A stretch of DNA of 63,353 nucleotides, filler included, from Hausera hauseri (taxonomy: Eukaryota), in assembly GCA_046269625.1 (NCBI GenBank). It is 10 parts of 10 records of this genome, joined end to end, with 100 filler letters (N's around TTAATTAATTAA, not from the genome) between each part and the next. Parts side by side here need not be neighbours in the genome. Positions count along the whole stretch, not along the records: positions 49,783 to 57,963 come from JBJURY010744320.1; positions 58,064 to 63,353 come from JBJURY010289281.1; 8 more parts are not named here. One strand, 5' to 3'. A program made the translations under genes and the position numbers. Of this stretch, positions 49,683 through 61,444 are shown piece by piece (position 1 is the stretch's first letter; each line of letters starts with the position of its first letter). The notes under the pieces were generated by a model that was not told where the DNA came from, ran no database searches, and saw only the letters and a list, made by a program, of their open reading frames with translations.

Positions 49683-49782
49683 NNNNNNNNNNNNNNNNNN
49701 NNNNNNNNNNNNNNNNNNNNNNNNNNTTAATTAATTAANNNNNNNNNNNNNNNNNNNNNNNNNNNNNNNNNNNNNNNNNNNN
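49683..49782. other. Artificial contig linker
   Basis: N44-TTAATTAATTAA-N44. Confidence 0.99.
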
Positions 49783-49893
49783 GATTCTTACCAGTCTAAA
49801 AAATAAATAGTAAGGATTAATCCTATGTCAAAGTGTGGCTTTGAACCAAAACTAATTCCTTGTTTGATGATAGAATAATCCAATCTGTAATTG

Positions 49894-51215
49894 TCATGTT
49901 ATTTTATCATAGATATACTCTTTGGGTTTCAGTACCCTTAATTCCCATTCATTGATTTTAGAACGCTTCTTCTGATAATTTTTGGTGACTAACCGAAAAG
50001 TCGCGAAACATATTATAAGCACAAGTGTTGGCAGGCTTACGATCATTAAAATAAGCAAAGTAGTCAGCCTTTTAGATTTTGTAGTAACTACATCTGTAGT
50101 TGTGTTATATCTCATGTCTTTGTTTAAATGTTGTACTACTTGTATTTCCTCCAGGGTTTGTATTATGAAAGTTTGACTCTGTGGGTCTTCTGCATGTATT
50201 TGTATTATTTACTCTGTCTTTGGTATTAATGAGTTGCATTCGGTGTGGTATATGTTTTTCAGTAGGGTTGTTTTTATGTGTCTATAAATCGTACGGCAAT
50301 TTATTTCGACGTCATAGCTGAGCTTTTCTTCCACCAAAAATCTTACGCAATTTTCTTTTGTTCATTTTCTTTGTCGTATTAAGTCTAACAGTGGTGCTTA
50401 CCGGAACAGTCAGTCTTGTCGTCGTCGTTTCGACCGCAATTTTCCATATTCTATTGTCTGAATAATATTTTCCTAAATAAGTGCTCGACTTATTTATTTG
50501 AATTCCGTAGAGGTCAAAATGAATCATATATTTATAGTCTTCTGACATTTAAAACAGATCCTAAGATTTGCGTTTCTGACGCTACGATAATTTGGAATTG
50601 GACTTAACTCCTTTATTTTGGTAAATTGGATTGAGATCTCTTGGTTGCTTGGTAATCGCCCTTTTGTATTTATTTGGATACATTTGTTTTTCTTATCTTC
50701 TGAAATACCAACTATATTTTCATTCAACACCCACTTTTTGGATCGGTTGATTTTACTATGTCACTAAGTTCTGTTCAATTGACTCGTTCTCTGGCAGGTA
50801 TTGCTAATTTTACTTGCAGTTTTATCGCTCCTTGTGTGCGTTCGTGGTTTTTGTAATACATTCGTATCTTGAAGGTCTAGGTGTTCCCATAATTTATGAC
50901 ACAATATCGTTCTGGCGTCCCATAAGGAAGATCACAATGGCTCATAATTTATTTATTCGCGTTCCGTAGAACTACTTGGTATTTTACTGATTTTCTAATG
51001 GTTCCGTCCGTCTTAGATAGTACACAATCTCATTTTGGATCTATACTTTGGACTTTGAAACGATATAAAGTGCATAAGTCATTCCTTTTATTTCTTATCA
51101 ATTCATCCTTCATTCATTTTTTTAGCCGTTGAATCAGTCCTCCTTGAGCCTTGGCTTTCGAAATATATGATACTATCAGTGATAGTGCTAAGACTATTTG
51201 TGCATAGGACATAGG
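49894..51215 (-). pseudogene. Second putative type I membrane protein downstream of integrase
   Basis: Signal-like MSYAQIVLALSLIVSYISKAKAQ; Cys-containing ectodomain pieces; Thr-rich stretch; TM LTTLLILMIVSLPTLVLIICFATF followed by basic residues. Confidence 0.6.
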
Positions 51216-51299
51216 CCTAGTAACTATAGATGAGTTTTTGGCTTTTCTACATTTTGTCTTCTGGTTTACTTCCGTATCCTTTATACGCAGTTGGCGTCG

Positions 51300-52502
51300 T
51301 TTATTCGGTTTTATTTCCGTTTCCACTACTCGCTGCACTGATACGACTTCTTCCTTTCCGTTTTTATTGACATACGCGGCAGTGGGTGTGATTCTCATAA
51401 CTTCATAAGGTGAGATTTAACAATATGCCTTTCTTAGCTACGGGATAGTGCACATAAACCCAATCTCCGTTTCTTAAATCGTGCGGTTTCGCCTTCTTGT
51501 CGCATTGCTTCTTAAATCCTTCTTGGTACTCTAAGGATAGTGTTTTCGCTACTTTCCAACATATTTGTATTTTGACTTGTAGAACTTCTATAAAATTTGG
51601 TTCTAGTTCTTCAATGTTTGCTTCATATGGAATCGCCCCTAAGTCCCTATGTAATGATGCATCTCGTCCGTACATCATGAAGAACGATGTAAAACCCATC
51701 GCGGGGTGCGGTGTTGTATTGATGGCAAATTATATGCCTTCTAGAAATTCATCCCAATCCTACTGGTCCTTTGCGACTATAGTTGACAGAATTCGTATCA
51801 CAGTAGCATTAATACTCGCAACCACTCCATTACATTGGGGATGGTAAGCTGCCATAGTTAACCTCTAGATTTCGAATATTTTCGTAATTTTATCGAATAG
51901 TTCGCTGGTGAAGTTCCTCCCTCGATCAGTTAGTATCTCACCGGGTGGTCCGTATCTACAGATAATTTTCCTTACCACGGCTTCGGCTAATGTTTCTGCT
52001 TTCTGATAATATAACGCTATTAACTGTACGAAGTGAGTTAAACGATCGACGCATGTTAGTATATATTTGTTATTTCTGTGCGTTGTGGGTAGTGATCCTA
52101 CGATGTCCATTGACATGGCTTGCATCGGCCTGTTCGGTACAGCTATAAGTTTCAGCTCTGCTACGTAATTCCGCATTTCCTTTGCTTAATTGCGCATACT
52201 TCGCAAATGCTTACCCAAATTTTCACATCAATATATATACTAGGCCAATAATATTTGTTCAACGCCCTATCTAACGTCTTCTTCCAGGACATGTGTTCTG
52301 CCAAATACGAATCGTGTTCGGCCATTAAAACTTCAGTTCGTAGAATTTTGGGTATAACTAATAATTTTTTTCTTTTTCGTTCGTAATACAGCACTTTTTC
52401 ATTGTTCTTTTTCTCGGAGACACAATATTTATGTCCACATCGTTGCAAATGTTTCCTTAACTGGTGCACTTTTGGCATTACGTCTGCTTCAGCGTAGTCC
52501 AA
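51300..52502 (-). pseudogene. pol: Gypsy integrase
   Basis: EHDSYLAEH..YYWPSIYIDVKIWVSICEVC; MDIVGSLP; ILTDRGRNF; AYHPQCNGVV. Confidence 0.95.
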
Positions 52503-52505
52503 GAC

Positions 52506-53900
52506 TTATTGAATAACTCGATCCTTCTTTTGTTCTCTCGAAATTCTAGTTGCTCCGTCGGACGCTAAGGTTTGTTGTCGATCTACTAACTTTTCGAGCT
52601 GATTTTTTTTCATTCTCACAATAGCACTTGTTTTTGTTTTTAATCGTGACAACGCATCCGCATCAACGTGCTTCACATCAGGTTCATATTGGAATTCAAT
52701 ATTATATCTCGAGATCTCTTCAGTCCATCTATTCAACCTATGCGTAGTGTTGCTTGCTCCTCTCTTTAAAGTTGTAACTGCCTTGTGATCGGTAATTATT
52801 ATTATCTTCTATCCATATATGTAAACGTTAAAATGCCTTAAGGCTTTTTTTGCTGCTAACGTTACTAGTTCTGTCACTGAATAGTTTTTCTCTTCTTTCT
52901 TCAAGAAGCGTCCTGCATAAGCGATTTGGTGTTCTAGTTCTTCATCTTCGCATTTCTGTGTCAATTCATATCTGATACCTTCTTTACTTGCGTCTGTTTT
53001 AATAAAAAACAGTAAGTTAAAGTCAGGATATCTCAGTACCGGTTTGCTAGTTAGTATCTTCTTCATTTCGACGAACGCCTTTTGGTCAACGTCGTTCCAT
53101 CTCCATTTCGTTCCCCTTTTTAATAATCGGTATAATTGCGCATTGATGTTTGAGTTATCCGGTACGTAGGTAGCATAATATTCACATAGATCTAACCAAT
53201 GTCTCAGTTGCTTTTGGTTCTGAGGTCCCATGCAGTCTGAAATTTTATTCAGTAATGATTTGTCTGGCTTGGATCTTCCTTCGCCAACTATATGGCCCAG
53301 GTATAATACAGCGTTTTGAGCCCATATACATTTCTTTAGGTTCAGTTTCAACCCAGCTTGTTCTAATCTTATAAAAGTGTCTTCAATATCCTACAGATGC
53401 ACCTTTTCATCTTTCGATGCAATCATTAAGTCATCTAAGTATGCAAATGCATGTTCAAGTCCCATTATCATTTTATTCATCATCCTGGAAAATGTGGCTG
53501 GACCGGTGGTTATTCCAAATGGCATAACGTTGAATTTGTATACGCCATCATGAGTTTTAAACGCGGTTTTATAACGATCTTCATCCTCAATCTCTACTTG
53601 CCAATATCCGGATTGTAAGTCAAAAGTGATAAACCATTTCGCTCCTGATAGCTTATCTAGAGCCTCTTTCACGGATGGTTAGGGAAAAGAATATTTCATC
53701 ATGAGAGTATTTAATGCTCTATAATCGATACAAAATAGATGTTTTGTGGTATCCTCCTTTTTAACCATAAGAATAGGGGAATACCAGGATCTAAAACTTG
53801 GTCGTATTATATCGGCCTTTAGCATACGTTCTGCCTCCTTGGCTATTTCTGGTCTTAGGAAATGCGGCTGCGGATACCATTTTGGTATTTTCTGTCCTTC
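52506..53900 (-). pseudogene. pol: Gypsy RT and RNase H
   Basis: FCIDYRALN, FDLQSGYWQV, MPFG, YLDDL, YLGHIV, KTDAS, KNYSVTEL, HVDADALSR. Confidence 0.96.
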
Positions 53901-54311
53901 GAGATCGATCTCGTCGTTAAAACCAGACTTTTTCTTAAGTGGTATAGTTAATTTTAACGTCTCTTCTCGGCCTATTTCCTCTTCGTCCTTTGCAATGATT
54001 GATTTATATCGACATAATAATTCGTAAAACTGGCAATAAGCTTCTGGTGAAAACTTCGTATCGACGTGGTGGAAATTCAGCGTATTTATACGGTTTCTCT
54101 TCAACCGTTATTTCTGATACTTTATAAGTATGTTCTAGAGTAGTGTTAGCATATAACGTCACTGGAGTCTGAGCATTGTTCACTATTCTTACAGGTATTC
54201 GACCGGATGCTACCCGGGTTAATATGTTGCTCAATATTATATTCGGGTTTAACGTTTCTCTTGGTTCAAAGTATACTGGTATATCGTCGTCTTGACAGAT
54301 TTGTGCAAATA

Positions 54312-54800
54312 TTAACAATTCCGTTTTAGACGGAATGTTTTCGTCGACCGGAATGCATACTTCTCCGGATTCTCTTTATTAATTTTAGTTCCCTTTATTG
54401 GTCCGAGTTCGATTAACTTTGAAGTATTCAAGTCTATCGCGACGTTTGGTAGTCGTCTTAATACATCACATCCTAATACTACGTCGTCTGTTAAGTGCTC
54501 CATTATAGAAAATTCATGTTGGAATGTCTGTCCCATTATTTTGAGGTTAGGGTTCCATTTGAATTTTGGTTTTGATTCTTGTCCGAAAGCTCCTATACTT
54601 CCGGGATCGGTTGCAAGTGGTGGTCGTAATTGACTTCGCAACGTTTTCGGTATCGATCCGTTCGTTATAAATTATCTCTCTGATCCGTTATCTACTAGTG
54701 CGTAAACTTCCCAATCTTCAATACTAATTTTGGCAAAAGGTCTACCTTTTATCTTAGGTTGTTTAGTGACGGATATCTTGTAACCATTTATACTAATTTC
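54312..54800 (-). pseudogene. pol: Retropepsin protease (degenerate)
   Basis: ALVDNGSE (DTG variant), DDVVLGCDVL. Confidence 0.85.
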
Positions 54801-55224
54801 TGGTGCTTTATTTTCAGCTACCTGTCTTAATTTTTCAATGGGATACAATCTATTGTTTACACTGTTTTCATGGTCTCGATCCGGTGTATTGATTAACGGT
54901 TCTTGGTTGTTTTGGCTATGGCAGGATTTCATTCGTAGATTATCCTAAATTAATGATTTAGTTTCTGTTCCGTGAAATCCTTGCAGAGTATATCTTGTGA
55001 TCATCAGCCGGGTGGCGGCATAATTCGGATTTTTCTCTGCTTCGATATTTTTTCCGTAACACGCCCGTACTGTTTTGTCCCTTCATAGGGATCTTCATAA
55101 TTGAAAGGCTTTCGATAGATTTCCAAACTATAGGAGTTAATAGATCTCTTATCGCTGTCTTCGTATTGTGGTGCCGAAGGGGGCAACATTGGTAAAGGTG
55201 GCCTAAGCGTTTTACGATTGCTTA

Positions 55225-56900
55225 GAAATCCTGATGCAGCTTATCCGAATATTAAAAATCTTCCCCAAATTTTATATAATATTTCTGTAGTAATTCTTTG
55301 ATAATGGTTAGCGCCAAGTAAGGATTCCCATTTCGCTTGGTAGCGAGTGTCATCCATCACCGTCGACATTGCTTTATTTAGCTCATGCGTGCGCTGTCGA
55401 GGGAAAGCTAAAAACTGTCTGAAAGCTTCGATCTCTTTTGGTCTGTAAATCCCTTTAATTGCCATATCAGCGAACTTGTCGGTTATACCTTTTAGTAAGT
55501 TTGTTCCGGTTAATTTGCCAGGTGTAGCTATGATTCCTCCATTGGGCAGACTTACCCAATCTGTCTCACTTCTCTTAAACATAGGTTCGCCTAAACCTGC
55601 TTTGCATTCTTTCAAAATGGTTGGTTGTGTCGCGTTTTCTAGCAAAACTCTAGTAAGTGGCATAGCCAATCGGGGTACGTTTTGATATATGACCGGCAAT
55701 TCTTGAATACAGCGTTTTCTTCTACGTTTAGAGATACATCTCGTTTTTCGCATTCGTAGGTCAACAGGACTTCTCCCGTAACTCTTCCGAAAATACCTTC
55801 TTTCATCGGAATTACAGGTGACGCTAGTTCTGGATTCGCGTAGATTAAGGCCAGTTTGGTTTTCATGATTTCCATATCCAATTTACAATCGTTTGCGATC
55901 ATCTTGTGATATAATTCTGCTAATCCAATTTGTCCTTTATAGTAGAAGTCATCTCTGTTCTTTAAATGATCATCTATTCTTACGTCCTGTGTTTTCAAGG
56001 TGAAGGTAGTTATTGCGGCTTCTGCCACAAATAATGCTTCGTAATTAGTGGCATACATTACTACGTTACATCGAGAGAGTATTTGCTTCTTAATGAATTT
56101 CAATCCGTGGTCCTCGGATATCAATATCGTGGGTGTAGATTGTTCAGCGACGTCCTTCCTTGGCCTGGCATTATTATCGATTGTCTCTACATACCTTTTC
56201 CTGTGGTTTCATTGAAATTTATTTTCTTTATTTTAATAAAGTTACAATCGTTCATAGGTGGTGGAGTCCAAATGACTATTGAGTTCCTGAAAGTACAGGC
56301 ACCATCTTGGATATGGCACTTCTGGTTTCGGTGTATGCTTTCGAAATACTATGGAACATCATCTTTTGGTTCCTTATTTCTGTTTCGTAGAAATCAAGCA
56401 CTACTATTCCTGCTTCTCTTCCTTTTCCTGTATCGTACTCACCTCCTTTACAGTATCTGGTATGCATATCCAGTTTTTTGATTGTTACCTTATATACTCG
56501 AATTATTTTTCCTGGCTCAGCCTCTGGATCCATTCCATCCCATCTCAATCTTCCGGTTTCTTTAGCTTGTTTGCACTGTTGTCGGTCTAAATTTTTAGGG
56601 ATTAATGGGGTTGTTGGTTTTACTACCGACGAATGTCCGTGCATGTTTGCGCAGTGGGAAGTACTTTGCGAATGTCGCAACATTCATTCTGTTCCGTCTA
56701 TTGTGATTAGTTCGCGTTGCTGATACAAAAATTACCTTTTCTCAATAGTCACTAACTTGTGAGGTGCAGCATCTTCGCGTAATTCCAAATCCATCAAGGA
56801 ATATCTTTGTCCAATCTTAAACTTATCGCAATCATATACGTTGATTGCATCGAGCTGTCTTATTAACATCATAAGTGTTATTAGTTTAATCATCCAATTT
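55225..56900 (-). pseudogene. env: Chuvirus-like glycoprotein, TM region deleted
   Basis: NWMIKLITLMMLIRQLDA|INVYDC; HCANMHGH; GEVLLTYECEKRDV; CIQELPVIY; GIYRPKEIEAFRQFLAFP; WGRFLIFG. Confidence 0.85.
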
Positions 56901-57963
56901 GATTCACTGTCTCGCACCTAGTTAGTTGGCATTAAATTTCTTACCACATCTTCGATCCTAGTGGTCGGCCTGTTTCCATCTTTATCATCAAATAGCTTGG
57001 ACCAATTTATCTCTTTAGGTATCTTCCTAGCGGCTTTTCTGATCAATCCGATGATTCTATTGAATTCATTTTCCTTTAAGGGATTCATTTTGATTGCCAA
57101 GTATAATATTACTTTTCTTAATTCTTCCTTAGTATTTTTTACCATAATTTTCTCGATTAAAACTTGATCGGATAAGTTGCTTTTATTTATTTTCAACCGA
57201 AAGGTTCTCATAATCTTCGCTGCATCATATATCGCTTTCTCTTTTTCGTCTAACATCTCGTCTCTCGGTCCTGAATGGTTTACTATTTTGATAATGTATC
57301 TCAGCAACTCGTTTAACTCTTCGCTGTCGGAGTTAATTGCGGGCATGGATAGTTGCCTTAGTTCTCGTATCAGGGCCGCACTTTGGTCAACATCATCTCT
57401 TATTTTTCTCGGCCTTCCAGCTGGTCGCTTCTGCTTCGGCGCAGTTGGTATTTGCTTCGATCATCGGTACTAGATTCATATCGTATTGTTCCTAATCTTC
57501 CTCACTCTGGAGGTAGTCAAAATACATGACAGGGTCTCTGACTCCCATAATGCGTCCTAAGCAATGTTCATCTCTTGCTTTTGTCGTAGCCTCATCTTTT
57601 GTCTGTTCGTCGATAATTATGGCCACTATTTGGTTTGTTTCTTCTGGAATAATTCCAACATTTATTAGTAGCTCGGGTTCGTCCAGTATCCTACCTCGGA
57701 AATATAATCGGTAATTTACTTCATTTTTTCCACAGTTTCGTACTATCCATTGTTTTCTGCTCTAAAAGATGTCATCGTTGTACATTCAATTTCTTTTTCT
57801 TCCATCCCTTCAGCTGATATTTTTACCTTAACCGTCGTTTCGGGTTTTGCCTTTAAGAATTCGGCGTATTTCTTTATCAATAGTCTGGGTACTGAGCTAT
57901 AAACGGTATTTTCGCTCGATAGTTTGGTCAATGTAGGGATCAATTGTCTCAGTTTGCTCTTCG

Positions 57964-58063
57964 NNNNNNNNNNNNNNNNNNNNNNNNNNNNNNNNNNNNN
58001 NNNNNNNTTAATTAATTAANNNNNNNNNNNNNNNNNNNNNNNNNNNNNNNNNNNNNNNNNNNN
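57964..58063. other. Artificial contig linker
   Basis: N44-TTAATTAATTAA-N44. Confidence 0.99.
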
Positions 58064-58335
58064 CTTCATTCAATGCACTGTGAATTTCTTCTTCTTTCAA
58101 CTGTATCAATACTGAAGCAGCAGTCATTCGCATTTTGAAATTAGACAATGTTTTCGAGTCAATTTCCTGAGACATTTTGCATTGATCTGATTTTCAAGGC
58201 CTATATTTATACCGATAACCAAAATTTAAACAAAAGAATTCTGGCGGGAAATTCAAATTTTTACACGTACCTAAAAACCGTGCAGTTCGCATGCTTGTGT
58301 GTATCCACTTTGTGACTGTGTGTCTCCTATCTCCG
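58064..58335 (-). repeat. Diverged homolog of about 43320-43590 (promoter and start of small ORF)
   Basis: Reverse complement aligns by eye: cacagtcacaaagtggatacacacaagca ... gatacagttgaaagaagaagaaattcacagtgcattgaa. Confidence 0.9.
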
Positions 58336-58741
58336 CCCTATTAATTGTGTATGTATGTATCGTTTTTTCTATTTCATGACTGATGTGAGAACCAAATCTT
58401 TTCTATTTGCCTGGGGGAGGGTCTGATCGAATGTACTCACATCCTCCTACTGCGATAATAACCGTGGTTTCTTTCTAACCGGACTAGCTGAACTCCTTTT
58501 GCCCGCCTTTTCGGTCCACAGTTCGTCAGAGGACTGTTGCACTTTGGGTGCAGAAATATCCATCCCGATACTGAACCCTGCCTTCGCTTTCATCCTTGTT
58601 TGAAATGGCGTTCCCGTACAGTGGACGATTTCTGCTAATAATTGAACGTGTCCAGCAATCCATCTGACTTCAGTTGCTGTAGCAGCTATTCCCAATTGAT
58701 GTTTTTCAGCCGCAGGAAGAAACCATCTGTGTCACCGGCAA

Positions 58742-60900
58742 CTACATCAATCTTGCATCCGTCAAAATTTGTCGGTAACGTGCCAAGGCGCGATACTGTA
58801 GCTCGTACATGCTCAACTTGTTTAGGTCCAATACTACCTGGCCTATATAGCTTGGCCGGTCCACTACGACTTTTTTATTTAATAGTATGGCAACCAATCC
58901 ATTGGCAACGTGCACTGACCTCCGAAATTGTGCCTTGCTGGTGTATGTAACCATCCGATTTTCGCTGTTGCACAGACGCATATTGGGCCAATTTTTCGAA
59001 TTTCCCACTGATTTCCCGTATATATAATTTTTCAGCTTGTAATAGTCCTTTTCGAACTTTGTGCAAGCCTCGGCTCCTTTCTGTGAATTCCCATCAATGC
59101 ACGCCTTGAATATCACTACTTGATTGAATCAGATTATGCAATGTAATTGTACGATGCGTACACAGAGCTGCACGTAAAATTGCAGCACACGCCAATGAAC
59201 TACGCAATTCAGGTTGGGTTCATTAGCACCTTCTTTGTCTTTGAGCCTTGAGGACACTGGCTGATTGGTGCGACTGGTAATTCATTCAGAAAGTCATGCA
59301 GCTCATCTGGTACGACGAAATCTGCGTCCATGAAGTAGCCGAGTGAGCTGTTTTCTGCCGTATCCGCTTTGGGCAGAATTCCCATTATGTCGTCCAGATT
59401 TTGCCTGTCGATTATTCATTCAAATTAACCACACGAAAAATGTTGCGAAAGCGCCGGGACGTAGAGGTTATTAATATCAGTATACAACATTGACGTTGTA
59501 TCATCAGTGGTTACGTGATGTTTGTTGACAAACGTCATGTCGCCGCGAATACCAACATCAAACAATCAGTATATTTCCAGGTCTTGTAAACAGCTCAATG
59601 TCCCTATATAGTAACATACGTGCTGGCGCCCAACTCATTCCCAGTATAGAGTAAAAGTCCAGTGGCTCCAACCTACGTTCAACATACCGACGGTGATTAG
59701 AACATGTTTTGATAGAATATGTTGTGCTATGGTAGGATTTCCTCTGTCGGCATAAACCCCATATGCCAGACTGTCTGTTTACGCCCAGTCACTGAATTTG
59801 AGCTCCTTTTTATTGGTATGACGTACATTGTTGTTCCTTCGCAAAGTCGTCTGCATAACGTCACATGTTTGTCTAATGCTGTTTCTGACCGCACACCATT
59901 TACATCGTATTTGTTTCTGGATGAACTGGTAATGGGCAATGTTCAATAATCTGCCCAAAATTTTCACGACACGTAATAATACTTTTCCCTTCTGTCTAAC
60001 AAATATAAATATATTGGGCGTGCATTTGGGTTCCGACGTGGATAAATTATGTCCGCAGATGGGTTCTTGTAAATTTCCACCGGTATTTCTATTATTGTAT
60101 TATACCGGAACACATTTATTGACAGTGTCGGATTAATCCGTTCAAATTTCGGAATTGTTTTCAATTTCATTTGAATCCAATCTTCATCAAATTGCAATTC
60201 TGCGAAATACTGTCGATACTGATTTAGACGATTTGCAATTCGCTGTACTTCAATACTGCCAGAATACTGTAAAGGAAACTGTACTCTTCATTATTTCGTA
60301 CATTCACTATCGCCAAGACTACTTCAGAACTGCAGGATTCGGTATGAATAACCAGCCAGACAAGTAAATTATGCCACTCGACATTGTAATGATAAAGCCG
60401 AGAGTGACGATTTTTATAATTTGCCATCCACTGACCCTTTCGACGTAGTTGGCGATTTTCTCACGTACCTTTTTGCCTACTTCTGCGATAAAGTCTTCTG
60501 AATACGGTACGACTGTGTGACAGCTACCATAGTTTTCTATCACCGTGAAAATTTTCAAATTCTGAAAGTGCGCAATATTGCACTTTACAGCTTTGCTGTT
60601 GATTTTGGAATTTCTTCACTTCAGATTCCAACCGAAAGCGCACACCGGACGGTACATATCTTAACTGTATTGTTGTTTTTGATAACATGTCCACTTTCAC
60701 GTCCACGTGCAATCTGTTCAGATTGTACTTGACAGCAATATTGTATTCCTGCTGCTCCTTTCTTGCTGCTGCTGCTGCTCTTGTTCTTTTTCTTGCTGAT
60801 CGGAAATGATTCGGATGTATTCGTCAAGACTTTTTGAGTCCTGACGTTTCCTACTTGTTGTTTGGGTGTTGCTGTTTTTTGTTTCCTCCATTAGTATTTG
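58742..60900 (-). pseudogene. pPolB: Polinton pPolB relic 2 (internally deleted)
   Basis: VSGWQI, IPKFERINPTLSINVF, GIRGDMTFVNKH, YTDINNLY, KDYYKLKN.IYGKSVGN, RPSYIGQVVLDLNKLSMY. Confidence 0.8.
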
Positions 60901-61031
60901 TTTTTCGACGGCTGAAACTAATTTAATTGGTCCTTGTGCTCATTGTAAAATTGTTCATAGTTGATTTGTTTATCAACTATTGAACAACCTGGACAAATAT
61001 AGGCCTATTTACAGTGCAACGTTGTGACGCT

Positions 61032-61259
61032 CTAGTATTGCTCCATTCTACTATGACAATCATCAATGCCATGCACCTTACCACAAGTGCAAAACTGCGG
61101 GTATGTGGTGCAATGCACAATCATCATTCTGTTGGACCGCGCAAAAGGGATACGATAATGCTTGTGCAGCGTGTAAAAATTTGAGTATGGATACTTTGTT
61201 GGAATATTACGCCCAGGCTCCAAATACATGTCCTTTGCCACGGTGTAATATTTCTCCAT
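61032..61259 (-). CDS. Small Cys/His-containing hypothetical ORF between the two pPolB relics
   Basis: 75-aa ORF with CTCGKVH; no family recognised. Confidence 0.3.
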   Translation of the reverse strand: MEKYYTVAKDMYLEPGRNIPTKYPYSNFYTLHKHYRIPFARSNRMMIVHCTTYPQFCTCGKVHGIDDCHSRMEQY

Positions 61260-61444
61260 TTGCTAGTAACATTGAATCGCATCATGTATGCGAGATACGC
61301 AGTACATTGGATATTGCATAATTTCTAAATGCAAAACAAATAAACATTTTAAATAAATTAACATTTGAAATAAATTAAAGTTATAAATAAAACAAATTAA
61401 AATACGTAAACTCCTAAAATAAATTAAACATAACCCTAATTTGA

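Larger units (their letters stand above)
49894..57963 (-). mobile_element. Ty3/gypsy element copy 3: accessory, chuvirus-like G, PR-RT-RH-IN, second membrane protein
   Basis: Collinear with contig C throughout and extends further 3'. Confidence 0.93.
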
